From the NCBI GenBank assembly GCA_963702435.1, contig CAVPCR010000002.1, forward strand, positions 608,001-672,000: a DNA stretch of 64,000 nt, given 5' to 3'. Position numbers and translations under genes: made by a program. The DNA comes from Candidatus Eiseniibacteriota bacterium (GTDB lineage Bacteria > Eisenbacteria > RBG-16-71-46 > CAVPCR01). Shown one piece after another: positions 59,001-64,000 of the stretch. A model generated the notes under the pieces. That model made no database searches. It was not told the DNA's origin and worked only from the letters and a program-made list of their open reading frames with translations. The number at the start of each line of letters is the position of its first letter. Position 1 is the stretch's first letter.

Positions 59001-59593
59001 AGGCTCGCATCGCGGTTCGAACCGACGCGCACCGCGAAGGTCTTGTTGCCGCGGATCTGGAGCCGCCCGCCGGCATCCGCGGTCGCCCCTCCCACCACCC
59101 GCTCTCGGCGCTCGATCGCGACCACGGTGTCCGGCGGCGCCGCGGCGGCGAGGTCGAGCGGCACCTGCTCGCGATGGGCATAGCGCGTGGCGAGCTGGAA
59201 CGGGAAGTACTCGTAGTCGATCTCGAGCCGGGCCCCGAGGAACGCGCGCGGGTCGGGGAAGCTCAGGCAGGAAGCGGCGCCATCGAGCAGAAAATCACGC
59301 CCGGGGAGCAGCCGGTGGTCCCCGTGGCTCACGACGAGGCTTGCCGCATCGATGTGGCGGTGCTCGAGGCAGAGCCGTTCGCCGACGACCAGCGCGGAGA
59401 CATGGGCGCGATCGAGCGCGCGGAGAGGGCGCGGCCGGCGCGCCGCCGTCGAGTCGCCGGCGGCCCCATCGCCCGCCGCCGCCCGGCTCCAGCCGCCGCT
59501 TCCGATCAGGGCGAGCACGAGCGCGGGAGCGAGTGCGCGCCCGAGCGCGCGGCGAGCGGCGCCGCGGCCGCCGTGTGCGCCCGCGTGCTTCAC
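56066..59593 (-). CDS. Large putative outer-membrane beta-barrel protein
   Basis: Signal peptide, SQSLDLDVSG...TDRDLP.QP.G, GSETVWLNGERLTRG..NDYTIDY, amphipathic strands, terminal Phe. Confidence 0.75.
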   Translation of the reverse strand: MKHAGAHGGRGAARRALGRALAPALVLALIGSGGWSRAAAGDGAAGDSTAARRPRPLRALDRAHVSALVVGERLCLEHRHIDAASLVVSHGDHRLLPGRDFLLDGAASCLSFPDPRAFLGARLEIDYEYFPFQLATRYAHREQVPLDLAAAAPPDTVVAIERRERVVGGATADAGGRLQIRGNKTFAVRVGSNRDASLSQSLDLDVSGEVASGVELRAILTDRDLPLQPAGDTETLDQLDKVMLEVRSRSMAATLGDYDVTAFGGSFLSYSKRLSGVKGEGKAGGREFVLAAALAKGEFISLPVPPVEGKQGPYVLADAAGNANIVVVAGSETVWLNGERLTRGENNDYTIDYSRAEITFTARRLITRDSRITADFEYTTDSFKRNFYVGGARAALFDGKFTLGASVVSESDDAGDPLAPLTDLERAALAAAGDTLRSTAAQGGIFVGAGEGDYLAIGGAGGEPLRYQYAGDGRGEYRVTFLNVGVGAGDYVDSLTAGGARAYRWVGTGSGAYEPGRILSAPESHQVLDFTGQGRVGALELTGELAASGVDLNTLSTVDDLDNGGLATSIRAGYAPTVTLAGREVGIAVRGGYRDVGEDFRTLGRIRPPDYAYGWNAPANAFVRGERLTDGGVDVTPLAGLTVGADLSGTESDVYTGRRTGTTITLARRLNGRFRLERTSGEEAAASGAPEESSAALAADRDRAYEYGELSTAIGRFTPRAHYERDERIEWRGTVRSGLGYTVFGGGTEVRLPARSRFSVDLRRRSDRTIGTGAPWAPTVDAFEQSYRLEIPRVSAVSVSGGFTRRTAEDRLRGGEQVSDLVQLDVVHSSQGGGVESETHADVTTTDVSGDDQELVYAGEGQGVYDEYGRYVGPGGDYVLRKVGPGTPDLRTRFRVGARLEVRPRRFLGPPASLAGGRRVLAALGAETTIQLDELTRLNLASPRYFLSPDSYQREDATFRGSSYLRQDFDVLENNRLLSLRLRGERRDELDNRIAGVSKDLATHGVGIRFRSAPWAPFSAELEQTWGRATETETAVVAGGGGTASRFDLDTGVTALDLTGRPGRDVRIGFVLRRAIEQARTGNAEATTFEIGPNATTYWKRARLDLRYRRVNEERSGVFPPSYRAGSRPGQRSEYGVNVDYRPFEHVTLTGGVEGLKPPAIAFTHTARFEVRIFF

Positions 59594-60621
59594 GGCCCCG
59601 CTGCCCTCTCGATCGCAAAGCGCGCGAGTCGGTCGTTCTCCGAGTCGGCGACGAAGAGCCGATCCCCGATCACGCACACGCCGGAGGGTCCGCGCAGCGA
59701 GCCGGGGCCGCGACCCTCGGCCCCCACCGCGCCGCGCAGCTTCCCGCTCGGCGCGAAGACGAGGACTCGATGCGTCGCCTGGTCGGCCACGTAGACATCG
59801 CCGCTCCCGGATAGGGCGATCCCGATCGGCCGCCCGCCGCCCGGGAGCGGCCACTCGGCGATGAAGCGGCCCATGAAGTCGAGCACCTGGACCCGCTCGT
59901 TCCCGGAATCGGCCACGTAGATGCGGTCACCCGCCGCGACCACCCCCTCCGGATCCTCGAACGTCTGCGCCCCGGCGCCGAAACCTCCAATCACCTGGAG
60001 AAGGGCCCAGTCCGGCGCGAAGACGAGGAGCCGATCGCCCTCCGCGTCGGTGACGAGCACGCTCCCCGAGCGCCCGACCGCGAGCCCGCGCGGATCGACC
60101 ACGCCCAGGCGTTCCTCGAGATCGGGCCGCCGGAAATCGAGAGCAATTCCCTGGTACTCCCCCCGCGCATGGAACTGGTGGATGGCGAGCCCGAGCTGGT
60201 CGAGCACGTACACGGCGAGCCCGCTGGCCACGGCGGAGGTCGGCCGCCGGAGGACGCCCTCCTCGGTTCCGATGCCGCCGCCCTCCCAGAGCGGCGTCCC
60301 GGCGCCGTCGAGGCAGACGACCCGGCTGTTCCCGGTGTCGGCGATGAGGAGGCCGCCGGCGGCCGTCGGGGCGAGAGCGAGCGGCCGATGGTACTCGCCG
60401 GGGTTGGTGCCGCTCTGTCCGAGGAGCGCCTCGAAGCGGAGATTCACGGCCGCGGAGTCGGGCGGCGCGGCGACGGCGCTGCCGGCCGGCATGGCGAGAC
60501 CGGCCGGCACGGCGAGGCCGAGGAGGAAAGCGGCCCGGGAGACCAGGAAGCGGAGCACCTCGCCGCTCATGCGATCGGAAGAGCGGATCGAGCGCCGCCG
60601 GCGCTCTCTGGGCATCGACAT
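59590..60621 (-). CDS. NHL-repeat beta-propeller protein
   Basis: Repeated IADTGNSRV, YVADSGNERVQ, FVADSENDR; start uncertain. Confidence 0.88.
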   Translation of the reverse strand: MSMPRERRRRSIRSSDRMSGEVLRFLVSRAAFLLGLAVPAGLAMPAGSAVAAPPDSAAVNLRFEALLGQSGTNPGEYHRPLALAPTAAGGLLIADTGNSRVVCLDGAGTPLWEGGGIGTEEGVLRRPTSAVASGLAVYVLDQLGLAIHQFHARGEYQGIALDFRRPDLEERLGVVDPRGLAVGRSGSVLVTDAEGDRLLVFAPDWALLQVIGGFGAGAQTFEDPEGVVAAGDRIYVADSGNERVQVLDFMGRFIAEWPLPGGGRPIGIALSGSGDVYVADQATHRVLVFAPSGKLRGAVGAEGRGPGSLRGPSGVCVIGDRLFVADSENDRLARFAIERAAGP

Positions 60622-60695
60622 GGCGCAACCTCGTGGTGCGCGCGGGAACCGGCGCACGCGCTTCAAGGCGGCGCCCGCGCGCGGGCGGGAGCCGG

Positions 60696-61682
60696 CTAGA
60701 AGGTGTAGCGCACGCCGACGCGGCTGGCGCCGAGCGCGAAGTCGCTCTCGGCATAGGGCATGACGGCGCCCCGGTCCGTGCCCCCGACCACCGGCTCGTC
60801 GTCCCGGTCCGCGGTCAGCCACACGGCGTGCATGACGCTCAGGATGCGCCCCACCACGAGACCCGCGACGGCGTACTCCGAACGATGGTAGGCCGTCTCG
60901 CTGGCCACCCGGATGTCGCTGTACTCGAAGCGCCGATCATCCGATTCCCAGTCCCAGGCGAGGTCGCCGGTGATCTGGTTCTCGACGATGTAGGCCTCCT
61001 GCATCGCGCCATCGTCGGGATACAGCTCGCGCGCGAGCAGGCGGACCTCCATCTCGTTGTAGCTGTCCGGACCGCCCGGCTCGCCGGAGTGGTCGTACCT
61101 GGCCAGGCTGCCGTAGTAGTCGTTGGACTGCCCGCCCGCGTCGGCGACCCGCGCGAAGCGTTCGGCGTACTCGATGTAGTGGTCCTTCCGGTCGCCGCCC
61201 TGGACGCGGAAGATGGCGAGGCTCGTCCAGCACGCGGCCTCCCCGATCAGGAACGCCGTCCCCGTCCCCGTGCTACCGGCCTCGAGCTGGCCGAGCCCGG
61301 GGACGAGCGCCGAGAGGAGGATGATCTTCCCGCGCGAGGGGCCGCCCTCGTCGAGATCGGCCTCGACGGGCGCCGGCGTCGTCGGCTCGTCCTTCTCCTT
61401 GTCGTCGTCCTTGTCCTTGTCCTTGTCCTTGTCCTCGTCGTCGTTGCGGGTCGGATTGACCTGCGCGAGATCGCCCCACTCCGACGGTTCGATCTCGAGC
61501 GGCGCGAAGATCGACGAGGTCGCGGACTTCCCGCCGGAAGGCGTTCCTGCCGGGACCGTTTCGGTCGCGCTCGACTCGGTGCCGGCGATGGCCGGCAGCG
61601 GCGCGCTCGCGACGCACGCGGCGAGGACGAGCCAGGCAAGCGGAATTGCACGGGCGAGGTCGGTCATTCTCATCATCGGCAT
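60696..61682 (-). CDS. Hypothetical exported protein (DUF5683-like) with a DK-rich tract
   Basis: LLSALVPGLGQLEAG motif; paralogous to the upstream gene; terminal YTF. Confidence 0.7.
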   Translation of the reverse strand: MPMMRMTDLARAIPLAWLVLAACVASAPLPAIAGTESSATETVPAGTPSGGKSATSSIFAPLEIEPSEWGDLAQVNPTRNDDEDKDKDKDKDDDKEKDEPTTPAPVEADLDEGGPSRGKIILLSALVPGLGQLEAGSTGTGTAFLIGEAACWTSLAIFRVQGGDRKDHYIEYAERFARVADAGGQSNDYYGSLARYDHSGEPGGPDSYNEMEVRLLARELYPDDGAMQEAYIVENQITGDLAWDWESDDRRFEYSDIRVASETAYHRSEYAVAGLVVGRILSVMHAVWLTADRDDEPVVGGTDRGAVMPYAESDFALGASRVGVRYTF

Positions 61683-62758
61683 CAGAACTTGCGCTTGAAC
61701 ACGAGCTTGGCGCCAGGATTCGAAAAGGATCCCTTGATCTTCAGGTCCATGCTGACGCCCTGGGGCAGGTCTGCGTTGAAGCTCCGCGCGACCATGAGAG
61801 CGTCGAAGGCGGACACGAGGTGGTTCACGAGGACCACCATGGTGGCGCTGCGGGCCGTCGAATCGAGGGAGTTCCGATCATCCCGGAGACCGTTGTACGT
61901 GGAGTAATCGAAGTCCTGGGCGGCGGCTTGATCGGCCACCCAGGCCCGGTAGGCGGCTTCCTGGCCGGGTTGCGTGGGATCGGGCGGGCAGTTCAGGTCG
62001 ATCGGGCAGTTCTCGTAGGTGAAGCTCCCATCCGACTGGACGTCAACGCCCCAGCCCGGCTTGTAGATGGGGTTCTTCGAGATGATCTCGTAGTACTCAC
62101 CCTTGTCGTTCTCGTAGAAATTGTTGATGGAGTCAAGAGCTTCCTGGCAAGGCTGCCCGGGCTGGCCGACACAGCCGTCCTCGAAGGCGGCGATCGCGAA
62201 GTTGCCGTCGGCGTACGCGTAGAGCTCGTCTTCCTTGTCGTTGGCGCTCATCCGGTACGACGCGAACGTGATCCAGGATGCCGCCTCGATGCCGAGGAAG
62301 ATGTATCCGCGATTCGATCCGGCGTAGAGCTCGCCCATGCCCGGAAGGAGCGCCGAGAGGAGGAAGGCCTTGGTCGGGGACTTGGGGGCGACAGGCTCGA
62401 GATCCTCGCGGGTCAGTTCGATCACGGCCGAGGCTGGCTCGGACTCCCCCTCCGCCGGCTTCTTCTTTTTCGCCTCCTCCTCGTCCTCGATGACCCGCTG
62501 CGCGAGGACCGGGCCGGAGTCCGACCCGGGGAAGAGGCTCCGGAGGCCAAAGAGCGGCGAGGGGGATCGAGCGGAGAGGTCCGCCGAGGCCGGCAGGGCG
62601 AGGAGCGCCAGGCCGAGGAGAGCAGGGACTACGGTGGAGAGGACCGCCCTCGGCGACTCCGCGCGGATTCTTCCCCGCTGCGCAGCGGCCGGGATCCGCT
62701 TCGCCGCCTGCCCACCTCTGAGATCGCGCATCCTCTGCTGCATCATCCCTTCGAGCAT
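61682..62758 (-). CDS. Hypothetical exported protein (DUF5683-like)
   Basis: AFLLSALLPGMGELYAG, NHLVSAFDA; terminal Phe; start uncertain. Confidence 0.7.
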   Translation of the reverse strand: MLEGMMQQRMRDLRGGQAAKRIPAAAQRGRIRAESPRAVLSTVVPALLGLALLALPASADLSARSPSPLFGLRSLFPGSDSGPVLAQRVIEDEEEAKKKKPAEGESEPASAVIELTREDLEPVAPKSPTKAFLLSALLPGMGELYAGSNRGYIFLGIEAASWITFASYRMSANDKEDELYAYADGNFAIAAFEDGCVGQPGQPCQEALDSINNFYENDKGEYYEIISKNPIYKPGWGVDVQSDGSFTYENCPIDLNCPPDPTQPGQEAAYRAWVADQAAAQDFDYSTYNGLRDDRNSLDSTARSATMVVLVNHLVSAFDALMVARSFNADLPQGVSMDLKIKGSFSNPGAKLVFKRKF

Positions 62759-62792
62759 GTCCTTGCGCCGGCCGGGCGTCTACTTCTTTTCT

Positions 62793-63764
62793 CTAGAAGC
62801 GAGCGTTGAAGGAGAAGCGGCTCACGCGATCGAGACCGGGAGCCTGCGGCACGCTCGCGTAGTCGAACGAGAATCCCTTGTAGCGGAGACCGAGCCCGAA
62901 GGAGGGACCGTTGATCGGGTCGATCTGCGAGAACCAGCCCTCGTAGACCCAGCCGAACCGCCCCGCCAGGTACTGCCCGAGCTGGTACTCCGCACCCACG
63001 TTGAGGAGCGGCCCGTCATCGACGCGCACGAAGGGCTTGTTGATGTCCCAGGCGAGGATGACCGTGTGGTCCTCGCGCGCGAGGAGCCAGTAGCCGAGCC
63101 CGATCTTGAGATTGCGCGGGAGCGGATCCGACTGGTCCTCGTCGATGAAGGCCAGATCCGGGCCGATGTTCTGGAAGTTGAGAGCGGCGTTCAGGCGGTA
63201 CCTGGGGATCCGCCAGAGGAGGGCGCCGTCGAGGGCCACCGTGGTCCCGCGCCCGTCGTGCCCGTCCTGGGTGACCGCTGCGGGGGCGAGGTCCACCCAC
63301 ACGAACTTGAAGTTCACGCCGACGCCCAGGTTCTCGATGATCTTGGTGCCGAAGGAAAAGGACGGCACCACCTCGTAGCTCGTGAACTCTCCGATCACCT
63401 GGCCCGAGAAATCTGTGGCGACGTTCTTGCCGTAGGTGAGGTAGATGAGATTGACGCCGAAGCCCCCTAGCCCCTTGATGGTCGACGTGAAGCCGAAGAA
63501 CTCGTAGAAGACATCATCGGCGAGCCCGGGGACGAGCTGGCTGTGCATGAACGTGGCCTGGCGCTCCGACTCGAAGGCGAGGGCCGCCGGGTTCCACCAG
63601 CCCATGGTGGCCTCGTCGGACACCCCCACGTAGGCCTTCCCCATTCCGTTGGCGCGCGCAGAGGGTTCGATCTGGAGAGAGGCCGCGCCGGCCTCGGACT
63701 GGGCCTGAGCGGCCCCGGCCACCAGGGCGAGCGCAAGGAGCGCCCCCGCAAGAACGCGAAGCAT
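62793..63764 (-). CDS. PorV/PorQ-family outer-membrane protein
   Basis: SLQIEPSARANGMG...WWNPAAL, NFQNIGP, DPLPRNLKIG, terminal Phe. Confidence 0.85.
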   Translation of the reverse strand: MLRVLAGALLALALVAGAAQAQSEAGAASLQIEPSARANGMGKAYVGVSDEATMGWWNPAALAFESERQATFMHSQLVPGLADDVFYEFFGFTSTIKGLGGFGVNLIYLTYGKNVATDFSGQVIGEFTSYEVVPSFSFGTKIIENLGVGVNFKFVWVDLAPAAVTQDGHDGRGTTVALDGALLWRIPRYRLNAALNFQNIGPDLAFIDEDQSDPLPRNLKIGLGYWLLAREDHTVILAWDINKPFVRVDDGPLLNVGAEYQLGQYLAGRFGWVYEGWFSQIDPINGPSFGLGLRYKGFSFDYASVPQAPGLDRVSRFSFNARF

Positions 63765-64000
63765 CAACGATCCCTCCACCGAAAACTTGCGCCAATGAGT
63801 TGCGCGGTAATGACTTAACCCGCCTGCCATGCTATCACTCGGCACGGGATGGGTCAAACTCAAGAACTCCGGGGACCCGTGCCCCTGACAGCCCGACGAT
63901 GTGGTCAACCCGCCTCGCAACAAGCGGTTGGCCCGGCTGCTAGCGGCGGACGACGGAGCGCAGAACGACCTCGTCCCGTACCCCGGACACGGTGCCGCGG

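Noticed and set aside
55766..59794. 1342-aa plus-strand ORF
   Set aside because: Antisense shadow of the real minus-strand gene; stop codons are rare in high-GC DNA and the product has no motifs.

Overview
Very GC-rich bacterial chromosome segment. A PorV-family gene, a Bacteroidota-type coiled-coil protein and mqnD suggest an FCB-group lineage such as Eisenbacteria/Latescibacteria (inference). Both ends hold intact core genes. Left: YfhO-like protein, DUF948/YtxH, pilB with a sigma-54 promoter, comEA, PHP, a TPR protein and hutUI. Right: hflKC, manC, mqnD, an Omp85 protein, a large outer-membrane protein, NHL and PorV. The middle (about 17.5-48.9 kb) is accessory. It contains a dinG gene flanked by more AT-rich nuclease cargo: MazG-like plus DUF2075 nuclease-helicase downstream, and upstream three different, frameshifted HNH nucleases bracketed by an 82-bp direct repeat that contains the promoter, plus ASCH. 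A long run of small detox/stress genes and many gene fragments follows. The most notable signals are (i) an apparent in-frame fusion of an ECF S-component to a TonB-dependent receptor through an internal signal peptide, (ii) the dinG-centred putative defence hotspot and (iii) the duplicated promoter/leader that brackets it. No tRNA, rRNA, CRISPR array, integrase or transposase was recognised. Family calls come from motif recognition by eye, not from database searches.
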